Shown piece after piece: positions 1 to 9,240 of a stretch of DNA of 33,090 nucleotides. A program made the translations under genes and the position numbers. Position 1 is the stretch's first letter. The number at the start of each line of letters is the position of its first letter. This DNA is from Armatimonadota bacterium (GTDB lineage Bacteria; Armatimonadota; Zipacnadia; Zipacnadales; UBA5352). The notes beneath the pieces were generated by a model. The model ran no database searches and was not told where the DNA came from. It worked only from the letters and a program-made list of their open reading frames with translations. The stretch lies in the NCBI GenBank assembly GCA_034722055.1, contig JAYENL010000029.1, positions 1-33,090 on the forward strand, read 5' to 3'.

Positions 1-525
1 CGTGTCGTCGGCTACAAGCCCTATCCCTCGGCCCATCAGGTGCCGCTGCCGGACCCCAGGCATCGGCCGATACTACAGTGGGCCGATCGCCATGGCGCGC
101 CCGTGCTGTGCCACGGTGGCCTGTCGGCGGATCGGGCGGTCACACCCCAGTGCCTGGCCGCGGTGGCACCGCTGTATCCGAACGCGAAGTTCCTGCTGGC
201 GCACAGCGGCTCAAGCTGGGCGCTGGCCGAGGCCCTGATTCCATTCGCCCGCCAATGGGGTAACATATATGCCGAAATCACGTATACTACCATTACATAC
301 AACATGGTGGAGTACCTGGTGCGCGAGATGGGGCGCCACCGGGTGCTGTTGGGAACGGACTGTGTCATGCGCGACGCCGCGCCGCAGCTCGGCTGGGTGG
401 CGTGGGCGCGGATTCCGCTCGAGGACAAGCGCATGGTGCTGGGGTACAACATTGCCGACATTCTGGGGGTTCCTCGCGAGCAACGCGTGCCGGTCTCGCC
501 CGCGGGGCACGGAACGGTGGGCTGA
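1..525 (+). CDS. Amidohydrolase-family (TIM-barrel metallo-hydrolase) protein, 5'-truncated by the window edge
   Basis: Frame 1 is open from base 1 (RVVGYKPYP...). Motifs: GxKxYP, PVLCH, LLAHSG, NIYAEIT, RVLLGTD and a C-terminal 'KRMVLGYNIADILG', typical of amidohydrolase_2 proteins. Confidence 0.75.
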   Translation, partial: RVVGYKPYPSAHQVPLPDPRHRPILQWADRHGAPVLCHGGLSADRAVTPQCLAAVAPLYPNAKFLLAHSGSSWALAEALIPFARQWGNIYAEITYTTITYNMVEYLVREMGRHRVLLGTDCVMRDAAPQLGWVAWARIPLEDKRMVLGYNIADILGVPREQRVPVSPAGHGTVG

Positions 526-527
526 TC

Positions 528-1214
528 ATGTCTGAGCTGATACTTGCCATCGAGGACGAGGAAGACGTGCAGGAGGCCATCGTCGCCGCGCTGGAGGCCA
601 GCGGCTTTCGAGTCATCACGGCCGGCGACGGAGAGGAGGGGCTGGAGCGCCTCCTCTCCGAGCGCCCGGACCTGGTGGTGCTGGACCTCATGCTCCCGAA
701 GATCAACGGCATGGACGTCTGCTCCATCATCCGGGAGCGCTCCGAGGTGCCCATCGTGATGCTCACCGCCCTCACGGAGGAGGATGACAGGGTGGAGGGC
801 CTCACCCGCGGGGCCGACGATTACATCACCAAGCCCTTCCGAGCCCGCGAGCTGGCGGCCCGAGTGCGGGCGGTCCTGCGCCGCAGCAAGCACTGGTCGA
901 GCCGCGACCGGGAGCTGATGGAGATCGGTGAGCTGCACATCCGGCCCGCGGCTCGAGAGGTGACTCTCAGAGGAGAGCGCGTCAACCTCACGCCCAAAGA
1001 GTTCGAGCTACTGGAGTACCTGGCGCGCAACACCGGACGCGTCGTGACCCGCGAGCGCCTGCTGGAGCGCGTGTGGGGGGAGGACCAGTACATCGACCCC
1101 CGCACGCTCGACGTGCACATCCGGTGGCTGCGCGAGAAGATCGAGGAGGACCCCAGCGACCCGCAGTGGCTGCTGACCGTGCGCGGGGAGGGCTACAAGC
1201 TGGTCGAGCCCTGA
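528..1214 (+). CDS. OmpR/PhoB-family response regulator (copy 1, 228 aa)
   Basis: Receiver motifs IEDE, DLMLP (phospho-Asp), MLTA, GADDYITKPF; winged-helix LTPKEFELL...RTLDVHIRWLREKIE...TVRGEGYK. ATG at 528 is in frame with ORF 402..1214. Confidence 0.93.
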   Translation: MSELILAIEDEEDVQEAIVAALEASGFRVITAGDGEEGLERLLSERPDLVVLDLMLPKINGMDVCSIIRERSEVPIVMLTALTEEDDRVEGLTRGADDYITKPFRARELAARVRAVLRRSKHWSSRDRELMEIGELHIRPAAREVTLRGERVNLTPKEFELLEYLARNTGRVVTRERLLERVWGEDQYIDPRTLDVHIRWLREKIEEDPSDPQWLLTVRGEGYKLVEP

Positions 1215-1345
1215 CGGCCCGGCGGTGTGACGCTCGCCCCTCGCTCCCGTCTACGGCGTGGCCGGACGCAAGGCGGCCGTATGGGGGCTGGCGGCCCGTA
1301 CTCACCCAACCGCACCCAACACTCCACACCCCTGCGAGCGAGACC

Positions 1346-2032
1346 ATGGCCCAGAGCATCCTGATTGTGGAAGACGAGAGCAGCGTCGCTGAGGCCATTG
1401 CCTACACCCTGGCCCAGGAGGGCTTCGAGACCGAGATCGCAGCCGACGGGCGCGAGGCCCTCGACGCCTTCGAGGAGACACCCCCATCGCTGGTGATCCT
1501 GGACCTGATGCTGCCCGGCCTCAGTGGCTGGCAGCTCTTCACCGCCTTCCGCCGCCAGCGCGACGTGCCCATCATCATGCTCACCGCCCGCACCGAGGAG
1601 GCCGACCGGGTGGCCGGCCTGGAGATGGGCGCCGACGACTACGTTCCCAAGCCCTTCAGCATGCGGGAGCTTGTCGCCCGTGTGCGGACCGTGCTGCGCC
1701 GATCCGGCCGCGGCGAGGACGAGGACGACACGGACGTTCTGGACACCGGCGATGTCAAGGTGGACATGAGAAGTCACGAGGTGACGGTCCGCGGCGAGCG
1801 CGTGACCCTCTCCCCCAAGGAGTTGGGCCTGCTGACGTACCTGATGCAGAGCGCCGGCCGGGTCCGCAGCCGCGACGAGATCATCGCCACCGTTTGGGGC
1901 GAGGAGGAGTACCTCGATCAGCGCACGGTGGATGTCCACATCCGGTGGCTCCGGCAGAAGATCGAGGCGGATCCGGCCGACCCGCGCCACCTGATCACCA
2001 TTCGCGGCGTCGGCTACAAGTTCGTGGAGTGA
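1346..2032 (+). CDS. phoB: OmpR/PhoB-family response regulator (copy 2, 228 aa), probable PhoB/PhoP
   Basis: VEDE, DLMLP, GADDYVPKPF, RTVDVHIRWLRQKIE, TIRGVGYK. Lies directly upstream of the PhoR-like kinase and the pst operon. Confidence 0.85.
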   Translation: MAQSILIVEDESSVAEAIAYTLAQEGFETEIAADGREALDAFEETPPSLVILDLMLPGLSGWQLFTAFRRQRDVPIIMLTARTEEADRVAGLEMGADDYVPKPFSMRELVARVRTVLRRSGRGEDEDDTDVLDTGDVKVDMRSHEVTVRGERVTLSPKELGLLTYLMQSAGRVRSRDEIIATVWGEEEYLDQRTVDVHIRWLRQKIEADPADPRHLITIRGVGYKFVE

Positions 2033-2036
2033 GCTC

Positions 2037-3431
2037 ATGGCCCCCCTGCGATGGCGCGCCTTCCTGGCTGTCGGGGCACTGCTGCTGATCGTGGGCCTGG
2101 TCGTCTGGGAGGTGGTCAGCGCCCACGGCGCCACCGGCGCCGTCTCCCCCATCGGCCTCGTCGCTATTCTCGTGGGCGCCCTCGGGGGCGCCTGGCTGGT
2201 GGCTGCCTGGCTGGCCCACTCCGTCGGCGAGCCCCTGCAGCGGCTGACGAAGATGGCCGAGCGAATGAGCCAGGGAGATCTGGGCGTTCGGGTCCACGAC
2301 GTGCCGCCCGGCGTCACCCACCGTCTGGCCGAGGAGCTCAACGCTGCCGCCGAGCACCTCCAGGGGCAGCTCGCCCAGGCCCACGCCCGGGGCCGCCACT
2401 ACGCCGCCATTCTCCAGCAGATGACCGACGCGGTCGTGGCCGTTGACGACCGGGGCCGAGTGGAGTTCGTGAACCGCACCTTCGCCAACCTCTTCGACGT
2501 CGCCTCGGGTGAGGCCGCCGGACGACCCCTGGAGAATGTCACCCTCAACTACGATCTCAGCGCCCTGGTCAGCCGGGCGCTGGAGCAGGGCACCGTGCAG
2601 CGTGACCGCCTCCGCCTCAGCCATCCCCAGGAGCGCCTCCTGGAGGCCGTTTGCAGCCCGCTGACAGATGGCGGGGAGGTCATCGGTGCGGTGGGGCTGC
2701 TGCATGACATCACCGAGCTTCGCGAGGTCAACCGCGTTCGGCAGGACTTCGTGGCCAACGCCAGCCACGAGCTGCGCACGCCCGCCGCCGGGATCAAGGC
2801 TCTGGCGGAGGCGCTGCAGGCCGGTGCCGCCGACGATCCTCAGCGAGGCCCCAAGTTCTGCCAGCAGATCGTGGAGGCCGCCGACCGGCTCACGGAGATC
2901 CTCGACGACATGCTCACCCTCACTCGCGTGGAGCGCGGCGCCAGCCTGCTGGAGCCCCGGAGTCTGCAGGCCGCCGACGCCGTGGACGAGGCCCTCTCCC
3001 AGGTTCGGCCCGCCGCTCGGGCCAAGGACATCGAGGTGACGGCCGATATCCGCGACGGCGACCGCATCTTCGCCGACGCCGAGTCCCTGCAGACGCTGCT
3101 GGTGAACCTGCTCGACAACGCCGTGAAGTACACTCCCGAGGGGGGATCGGTGATGGTCCGTGGCCACCGTGTGCCGGGCGGCTATGAGTTGGCTGTGGTC
3201 GATACGGGGGTGGGCATCCCCCGGGAGGAGCAGGAGCGAATCTTCGAGCGCTTCTACCGCGTGGACCGGGCCCGCGACCGAGCCACAGGCAGCACCGGCC
3301 TCGGACTCTCCATCGTCAGGCACATCGCCGAGGCCCACGGGGGGCATGTGAGCGTGACCAGCGCGCCCGATGAGGGGGCCACCTTCACCGCCTTCTTCCC
3401 CGCCCTACAGGGGGACTCGGATGCCCAGTAG
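2037..3431 (+). CDS. phoR: Sensor histidine kinase, PhoR-like (2 TM, HAMP, PAS, HisKA, HATPase)
   Basis: H-box DFVANASHELRTP, N-box NLLDNAVKYT, G1 DTGVGIP, F-box IFERFYRVD, G2 GSTGLGLSIV; pst context. Confidence 0.9.
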   Translation: MAPLRWRAFLAVGALLLIVGLVVWEVVSAHGATGAVSPIGLVAILVGALGGAWLVAAWLAHSVGEPLQRLTKMAERMSQGDLGVRVHDVPPGVTHRLAEELNAAAEHLQGQLAQAHARGRHYAAILQQMTDAVVAVDDRGRVEFVNRTFANLFDVASGEAAGRPLENVTLNYDLSALVSRALEQGTVQRDRLRLSHPQERLLEAVCSPLTDGGEVIGAVGLLHDITELREVNRVRQDFVANASHELRTPAAGIKALAEALQAGAADDPQRGPKFCQQIVEAADRLTEILDDMLTLTRVERGASLLEPRSLQAADAVDEALSQVRPAARAKDIEVTADIRDGDRIFADAESLQTLLVNLLDNAVKYTPEGGSVMVRGHRVPGGYELAVVDTGVGIPREEQERIFERFYRVDRARDRATGSTGLGLSIVRHIAEAHGGHVSVTSAPDEGATFTAFFPALQGDSDAQ

Positions 3432-3477
3432 CGACCGTCCGCGGACCTCGCCTCACCCTCCGTGTGGAAAGCCGCTC

Positions 3478-3531
3478 TTAACGCAAGCTTAACCTGGCCA
3501 TAACGCGACATTAATGGGGCACCTGTATGAT
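3478..3531 (+). promoter_or_regulatory. Pho box (four TTAAC-type direct repeats at 11-bp period) followed by a -10 element TATGAT
   Basis: TTAAC 3478, TTAAC 3489, ATAAC 3500, TTAAT 3511 in exact 11-bp phase; TATGAT at 3526-3531; immediately upstream of the porin-pst operon. Confidence 0.85.
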
Positions 3532-3598
3532 GCCTCCTGACATGCGGCGGGTGCCTCGGCACCGGCGGTAATCCCATGCTCAGGAGGTACGGTCCAGC

Positions 3599-4576
3599 AT
3601 GAGGTCCGGCAGGCTGATGTGTGTGGTGGGGATGGTTGCTCTTGGCCTGGGTTGCATGCTCCCGGCTTTCGCCTGGGATCCCACGCCCGAGGGCTACGCG
3701 CAGTTCCGCTACGAGTACGAGGACGCCGAGGACGACGGCGACTTCGATACCCGGCGGGTTCGCTTGAGCTGGCGGGACACCGTCAACGATCAGGGTACGA
3801 AGGCCCGCGTCCAGTTCGACGTCGGTGATCTTTTCGTCGGCGGCGGACACGAGATTGACCTCAAGGACGCCTGGGTGTCGCATCCGTTCGGGAACGGCTG
3901 GAGCACCCGGGTGGGCGACGGCAACGCCGAGTTCGGCCTCGACGGCCCCTACTCCAGCAGCAAGCGGGTCCCCTTTGAGCGCGCCAAGGTCACGCGAGAA
4001 TTCCTGCCCGGCGAGCGGGCCCTTGGCGTCCTCTTCACCTGGGAGGGGCGGGAGGAGAGCAACGTCATCGTGGACCTGCAAGTCACAGACGGGATGGACG
4101 CGTGGTCCGAAGACGATGAGGACTCGGAGTCCCTCATGGCCCGCGTGCAGGTCCCGTTCGAGGACAGCATCGCCGGCATCAGCTACATGACCTCCAACCG
4201 GGAGGCCGACGACTACGACGTTGAGCCCGACGTCTGGGGCGCCCACGTGCGCTGGGAGGGTGAGACCGCCGGCTCGAGCTGGGCCTTCCAGGGCGAGTAC
4301 TTCGACGGTGAGTTCTTCGACGGCACGCTGTATGACGCCGATGGCTGGTACGGCCTGGTGGAGTTCTCCCCACAGGCCTCCGACGCCACCGTCTTCTACC
4401 GCTACGACGAGCTTGATGCCAGTGCTCAGGAGACCGGCTGGAGCTACGAGCAGCATACGCTCGGCGTGGCCTGGGACTGCATGGAGAACAACCGCCTGAC
4501 CTTCCAGGTCGAGGACATCGACAACGCTGACAGCGAGACCAACTGGGGTCTGCAGTGGCAGGTCAAGTACCAGTAG
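3599..4576 (+). CDS. Outer-membrane beta-barrel, putative phosphate-uptake porin (OprO/OprP-like)
   Basis: RBS AGGAGG at 3582; signal peptide ending AFA; GYAQFRY, FDTRRVRL and LKDAWV segments reminiscent of porin_O_P; alternating amphipathic strands; C-terminus WGLQWQVKYQ; first gene after the Pho box. Confidence 0.7.
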   Translation: MRSGRLMCVVGMVALGLGCMLPAFAWDPTPEGYAQFRYEYEDAEDDGDFDTRRVRLSWRDTVNDQGTKARVQFDVGDLFVGGGHEIDLKDAWVSHPFGNGWSTRVGDGNAEFGLDGPYSSSKRVPFERAKVTREFLPGERALGVLFTWEGREESNVIVDLQVTDGMDAWSEDDEDSESLMARVQVPFEDSIAGISYMTSNREADDYDVEPDVWGAHVRWEGETAGSSWAFQGEYFDGEFFDGTLYDADGWYGLVEFSPQASDATVFYRYDELDASAQETGWSYEQHTLGVAWDCMENNRLTFQVEDIDNADSETNWGLQWQVKYQ

Positions 4577-4604
4577 CTCCCCCATCGCAGCCTCAAGCGC
4601 AGCC

Positions 4605-4638
4605 CGCCCGGTGGCGCCTTGCTGGGCGCCGCCGGGCG
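4605..4638 (+). other. GC-rich intergenic stem-loop between the porin and pstS
   Basis: CGCCCGGTGGCGCC-ttgctg-GGCGCCGCCGGGCG, a 14-bp stem with one G-U pair; no U-tract. Confidence 0.6.
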
Positions 4639-4701
4639 ACACCCGCAGCACCGCTCCCAGCATTCGTGCGTACACACAAAGCCGAAAGGAGCAGTACCCT
4701 G

Positions 4702-5637
4702 ATGAAGATGCACAGGATCACCGTCGGTCTGCTCGTCCTCGCGTTTCTGACCAGCATGGTGGCCCTGGTGGGCTGCCCCCCGAAAGAGGAGGAGCCGGTG
4801 GAGCCGATGATGACAGAGCCCGGGGAGCCCGGAGCCGGGCCCGTCGGCGAGCCAGCCACCATCGACCAGATCGGCTCGACGACGGTTCTGCCCATCGCTG
4901 AGAAGTGGGCCCAGGCCTTCCATGAGAAGCACGCAAATGTCGAGATCGACGTCGCCGGCGGCGGCTCCGGGACCGGTATCAAGGCGCTGATCGACGGCAC
5001 CGCCGACATCGCCGACGCCTCCCGGCCGATCAAGGACAAGGAGAAGGCGCTCGCGGAAGAGAACGGCATCACGCCTGTCGAGCATGTCGTCGCCTACGAC
5101 GGCATCGCCGCGGTCGTTCATCCCGACAACCCGGTGGGCGAGCTGTCCATCGAGCAGCTCTCGGACATCTTCTGCGGCGAGGTGACGTCGTGGGATGAGC
5201 TGGGCGTCAGCGGCATGGGTGACATCATCGTCGTCAGCCGGGACTCCGCCTCCGGGACCTATGAGAGCTGGAAGGACATGGTCGTGAGCATGAATGGCGA
5301 GGCGGAGGACCGCGACTACGATCCCGGCGCGCTGAAGAAGGGCTCCAACAAGGATGTGCGGTCCATCGTCGCGCAGACAAAGGGCGCCATCGGCTACATG
5401 GGCCTGGGCTATATCGACAGCTCCGTCAAGCCCGTTCCGGTCATTCCCATGGATGGCGGCCCGGCTGTCGAGCCGACCTCTAGGAACGTCCAGGAGGGCT
5501 CCTACCCCGTCTCCCGGAAGTTGTACATGTACACGGACGGGCAGCCGAGCGGCGCCGTCAAGGACTACCTGGAGTGGGGCATGACCGACGAAGGCCAGGG
5601 CCTCGTCGAAGAGGCCGGATACGTCAAGGTCAAGTAG
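4702..5637 (+). CDS. pstS: Phosphate ABC transporter substrate-binding lipoprotein
   Basis: RBS AAGGAG; lipobox LVGC; GSTTVLPI, GGGSGTGI, ADASR, YDGIA, SRDSASGT and YPVSRKLYMY motifs. Confidence 0.95.
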   Translation: MKMHRITVGLLVLAFLTSMVALVGCPPKEEEPVEPMMTEPGEPGAGPVGEPATIDQIGSTTVLPIAEKWAQAFHEKHANVEIDVAGGGSGTGIKALIDGTADIADASRPIKDKEKALAEENGITPVEHVVAYDGIAAVVHPDNPVGELSIEQLSDIFCGEVTSWDELGVSGMGDIIVVSRDSASGTYESWKDMVVSMNGEAEDRDYDPGALKKGSNKDVRSIVAQTKGAIGYMGLGYIDSSVKPVPVIPMDGGPAVEPTSRNVQEGSYPVSRKLYMYTDGQPSGAVKDYLEWGMTDEGQGLVEEAGYVKVK

Positions 5638-5652
5638 CATCCTCACCGACGT

Positions 5653-5690
5653 GCCTGGCCCGGCGCGCTGTCCACTGTGCCGGGCCAGGC
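5653..5690 (+). other. Stem-loop between pstS and pstC (likely mRNA stabiliser or attenuator)
   Basis: GCCTGGCCCGGC...GCCGGGCCAGGC, a perfect 12-bp inverted repeat; no U-tract. Confidence 0.65.
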
Positions 5691-5724
5691 GACACTGCTA
5701 TTGTTCGGTTACAGAAGGTCCGGC

Positions 5725-6627
5725 ATGGTCAAGAAGCAGGTCGCGCGCGTGTGGGAATGGGTCATTGAGCGCCTGATCCACATCGCTGGCGTCATGGGGA
5801 TCATCCTCGTTATCCTCATCTTCTACTTCCTGTTGCAGAACTCCCTGGCGATGTTCGGCGAGCGCTCCCTGGGCCAGCTCATCCTCGGACAGCGCTGGTC
5901 ACCCACCCACAAAGAGGGCTTCTTCGGGATGCTCCCGCTCATCCTGGGCTCCCTCTACGTGACCGTGGGCGCCCTGGTGCTGTCTGTCCCGCTGGGAGTG
6001 GCCGCCGCCATCTTCATCGCGGAGATCGCCTCGCCCAGAGCGCGCGAGGTACTCAAGCCGGCCGTGGAGCTGCTTGCCGCCATCCCGTCCGTGGTCTTCG
6101 GCTTCCTGGGCCTGCTGCTGGTCGGCCCCTGGTTCGCCGACAGGTTCGACGCCATTCAGGTGGGGCAGTTCGCCGCACTCGGCTCCCTGATGCTGTGCTT
6201 CATGGCCCTGCCGACCATCGTCTCCATCTGCGAGGACGCCCTCCACTCCGTGCCGCGGGAGATCTTCAACAGCTCCCTGGCCCTGGGCGCCACGCGCTGG
6301 CAGACCATCACCCGGGCTCTGATCCCCGCCGCCCGCTCGGGCATCATCGCCGCCTGTCTGCTGGGGCTGGGCCGGGCCATTGGCGAGACCATGACGGTGC
6401 TGATGGTCACCGGCAACGCTCAGGTCATGCCCGAGGGCCTCAAGGGCTTTATCAAGCCCATCCGGACCATGACCGCCACAATCGCAGCCGAGATGGGCGA
6501 GACCCCCTACGGGACGACGCACTTCCACGCCCTGTTCGCTATCGGTCTGTTTCTGTTCATCATCACCTTCGCCGTCAACACCATCGCCGACATCGTGATC
6601 CGCCGCAGTGAGAAGGACATCGCATGA
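5725..6627 (+). CDS. pstC: Phosphate ABC transporter permease PstC
   Basis: FGMLPLILGSL, ELLAAIPSVVFG, SLALGATRWQT, GRAIGETM, TATIAAEMGE. Confidence 0.95.
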   Translation: MVKKQVARVWEWVIERLIHIAGVMGIILVILIFYFLLQNSLAMFGERSLGQLILGQRWSPTHKEGFFGMLPLILGSLYVTVGALVLSVPLGVAAAIFIAEIASPRAREVLKPAVELLAAIPSVVFGFLGLLLVGPWFADRFDAIQVGQFAALGSLMLCFMALPTIVSICEDALHSVPREIFNSSLALGATRWQTITRALIPAARSGIIAACLLGLGRAIGETMTVLMVTGNAQVMPEGLKGFIKPIRTMTATIAAEMGETPYGTTHFHALFAIGLFLFIITFAVNTIADIVIRRSEKDIA

Positions 6628-7475
6628 ACGGGAGCCGCAAGCAACTCATCGATCCCCGCATCGCGGAGAAGATCGCCTTCGCCGGCCTCTGGGCGGTGAT
6701 GGTCGTCGTCGCCGTCCCCGTGGTCGGCATCATCGGCTACATGCTCTACCGCGGCGCGGCGGCGCTGAGCTGGGAGCTGGTCAGCTCCGTGGAGGCCGGC
6801 CTGCTGCCCGCCATTGCGGGGACGGCCTATCTGGTCAGCCTGACCGCGCTGGTGGCGGCGCCAATCGGCGTCGGCGCGGCCATCTACCTCTCCGAGTACG
6901 CCCGCCCGGGGCCGCTGCTGCGCATGATCCGGCTGGCCATCATCAACCTCGCAGGCGTGCCGTCCGTGGTCTACGGGCTTTTCGGGCTGGCCGCCTTCGT
7001 CATCCTGTTCGGTTGGGACCGCTGCCTGCTGGCCGGCTCCTGCACACTGGCCCTGCTGGTGCTGCCGCTGGTGATCAGCGCCTCCGAGGAGGCCCTGCGA
7101 CAGGTCCCCCAGGGGCTGCGAGAGGGCTCGCTTGCGCTGGGGGCCAGCAAGTGGCAGACCATCCGCCGCGTCGTGCTTCCCAACGCGCTCCCCGGCATCA
7201 TCACCGGCATGATCCTGTCCATCGCACGGGCGGCCGGCGAGACCGCCCCCATCCTGTTCACGGCCGCCTTCTACTCGCTCAGCGACCCCTTCCCCGACTC
7301 GCTGCTGGACCCCGTCATCGCCATGCCCTACCAGCTCTTCGTCATGGCCACCGAGGAGCCCGACGTCGAGCCGGCCACCATGTGGGCAACCGCCTTCGTC
7401 CTGGTGGCGCTGGTCCTGGGCCTGAACCTGGTCGCAACCGTCATCCGCTCGAGGCTGCGCCGAAGGCGCTGGTAG
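6624..7475 (+). CDS. pstA: Phosphate ABC transporter permease PstA
   Basis: AAIYLSEYA, NLAGVPSVVYGLFG, SLALGASKWQT, ARAAGETAPI; ATGA overlap with pstC. Confidence 0.95.
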   Translation: MNGSRKQLIDPRIAEKIAFAGLWAVMVVVAVPVVGIIGYMLYRGAAALSWELVSSVEAGLLPAIAGTAYLVSLTALVAAPIGVGAAIYLSEYARPGPLLRMIRLAIINLAGVPSVVYGLFGLAAFVILFGWDRCLLAGSCTLALLVLPLVISASEEALRQVPQGLREGSLALGASKWQTIRRVVLPNALPGIITGMILSIARAAGETAPILFTAAFYSLSDPFPDSLLDPVIAMPYQLFVMATEEPDVEPATMWATAFVLVALVLGLNLVATVIRSRLRRRRW

Positions 7476-7571
7476 AGAAGAGGCCGTTGCGAGGCTTTGA
7501 TCTCCACAGGAGCCGATTTGCGGAAGGGCATATTGCTGCCCGCGCGGAAGTTCAACAAAGAGGTGCCCTGA

Positions 7572-8468
7572 ATGCAGGAAGACGCGCCATCCGAGACCAG
7601 GGCAGCGGATGCTGCCGGCAACGGGACTGACGAGCAGGCCCCCAAGGAGCGGGAGGATTTCCTGACGGGAATCTCGCGGGCCCGTGAGGAGGCTCAGGAG
7701 CCGGCCGGGGAGCACGCCGTCAAGATCGAGACCAGGGACCTCAACGTCTACTACGAGGACTTCCGCGCCATCAAGTCCGTGGACATCGAGATCCGCAGTA
7801 ACGAGATCACGGCTCTCATCGGCCCCTCCGGCTGCGGGAAGTCCACCTTCCTCCGGGCCCTCAATCGCATGAACGACGAGATCCCCGAGGCCCGCACGGA
7901 GGGCCAGGTGCTGCTCGACGGCCGGAACATCTACAGCCAGGACACCGACCTGGTGCAGTTGCGGCGGCGAGTCGGACAGGTCTTCCAGCAGCCCAATCCC
8001 TTCCCCATGTCCATCTACGACAACGTGGTCTACGGCCCTCGGCTGCAGCACCGCGTGTCCCGGAGCGAGGCGGACGAGATCGTGGAGAGGAGCCTGACCG
8101 ACGCAGCCCTGTGGGACGAGGTCAAGGACGACCTCCGCAGGTCCGCCCTGGACCTCTCCGGCGGCCAGCAGCAGCGCCTGTGCATCGCCCGCTGCCTGGC
8201 GGTGGAGCCCGAGGTGCTGCTCATGGACGAGCCCTGCTCGGCGCTGGACCCCACCGCGACCTTCCGGATCGAGGAGCTCATGCTGGAGCTCAAGGAACGA
8301 TACGCCATCGTAATTGTCACCCATAACATGTATCAGGCGTCGCGGGTCTCCTACCGCACCGGCTTCTTCCTGCTGGGGGAGCTGATCGAGTTCGGGAAGA
8401 CCGGCCAGATCTTCGAGGATCCGCAGGACGAGCGCACCGACGCCTACGTCCGCGGCCGCTTCGGCTAG
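7572..8468 (+). CDS. pstB: Phosphate ABC transporter ATP-binding protein
   Basis: Walker [57 protein letters not shown]; acidic N-terminal extension of about 45 aa. Confidence 0.95.
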   Translation: MQEDAPSETRAADAAGNGTDEQAPKEREDFLTGISRAREEAQEPAGEHAVKIETRDLNVYYEDFRAIKSVDIEIRSNEITALIGPSGCGKSTFLRALNRMNDEIPEARTEGQVLLDGRNIYSQDTDLVQLRRRVGQVFQQPNPFPMSIYDNVVYGPRLQHRVSRSEADEIVERSLTDAALWDEVKDDLRRSALDLSGGQQQRLCIARCLAVEPEVLLMDEPCSALDPTATFRIEELMLELKERYAIVIVTHNMYQASRVSYRTGFFLLGELIEFGKTGQIFEDPQDERTDAYVRGRFG

Positions 8469-8509
8469 CTCACCACGCGCCAGGCATCACCACCGGGGAA
8501 GTGCGCAAG

Positions 8510-9238
8510 ATGCGCAGAATACGAAAGACCTTCGAGCAACAGATCGAGCAGGTGCAGGTGGATGTCACCCGCCTGGCGAGCTTCGTGGTGGAGATGCTGG
8601 CCGACGCCATGCGGGCGCTGGTGGAGCAGGACGAGGCGCTCGCCGATAAGGTCATCATCGATGACGACGTGGCCGACGACCTCGACCTGCACATCGAGCA
8701 GGAGTGCATACGGCTGCTGGCGCTGCAGCAGCCCATGGCCAAGGACCTCCGCATCATCGGCACGGCCATGAAGGTCATCGCCGACCTCGAGCGCGTCGGC
8801 GACTACGCCGTGGACATCGCCCGCAGCGCCAAGACCCTCGCCGATGAGCCCTACTTCAAGGCCCTCGTGGACATTCCCCGCATGGGCGACATCACCATCT
8901 CCATGGTGCGCACCGCCGCCCAGGCCTTCGTCAAGCAGGACCTAGACCTGGTGCGGGAGGTCGTCGAGAGGGACGACGAGGTGGACCGCATCTGGTACCA
9001 CCTCCTCGACGAGCTGGTGGAGTACATGCGCAACGACCCCGACCTCATCCTCCAGGCCACGCACCTGCTGCTGGTGGCACGCTACCTGGAGCGGTGCGCC
9101 GACCATGTGGTGAACGTCGCGGAGCGGGTCTCGTACATGGAGACGGGGCGGTTCGAGGACCTGGCCATGTCACACACCGCCAGCTACGAGCGCCCGGAGG
9201 TTGGGCCCGGCCAGGAGGTCGAGGAGCAGCCGCAGTAG
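8510..9238 (+). CDS. phoU: Phosphate signalling complex protein PhoU
   Basis: LALQQPMAKDLR, DLERVGDYA, DDEVD, RYLERCADHVVNVAE. Start is ATG 8510 or GTG 8501. Confidence 0.95.
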   Translation: MRRIRKTFEQQIEQVQVDVTRLASFVVEMLADAMRALVEQDEALADKVIIDDDVADDLDLHIEQECIRLLALQQPMAKDLRIIGTAMKVIADLERVGDYAVDIARSAKTLADEPYFKALVDIPRMGDITISMVRTAAQAFVKQDLDLVREVVERDDEVDRIWYHLLDELVEYMRNDPDLILQATHLLLVARYLERCADHVVNVAERVSYMETGRFEDLAMSHTASYERPEVGPGQEVEEQPQ

Positions 9239-9240
9239 TC

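Noticed and set aside
1215..1345. Intergenic region between the two regulators (TACGGC...GCCGTA, CACCCAAC twice)
   Set aside because: Short matches expected by chance at this GC content; no Pho-box-like phase.
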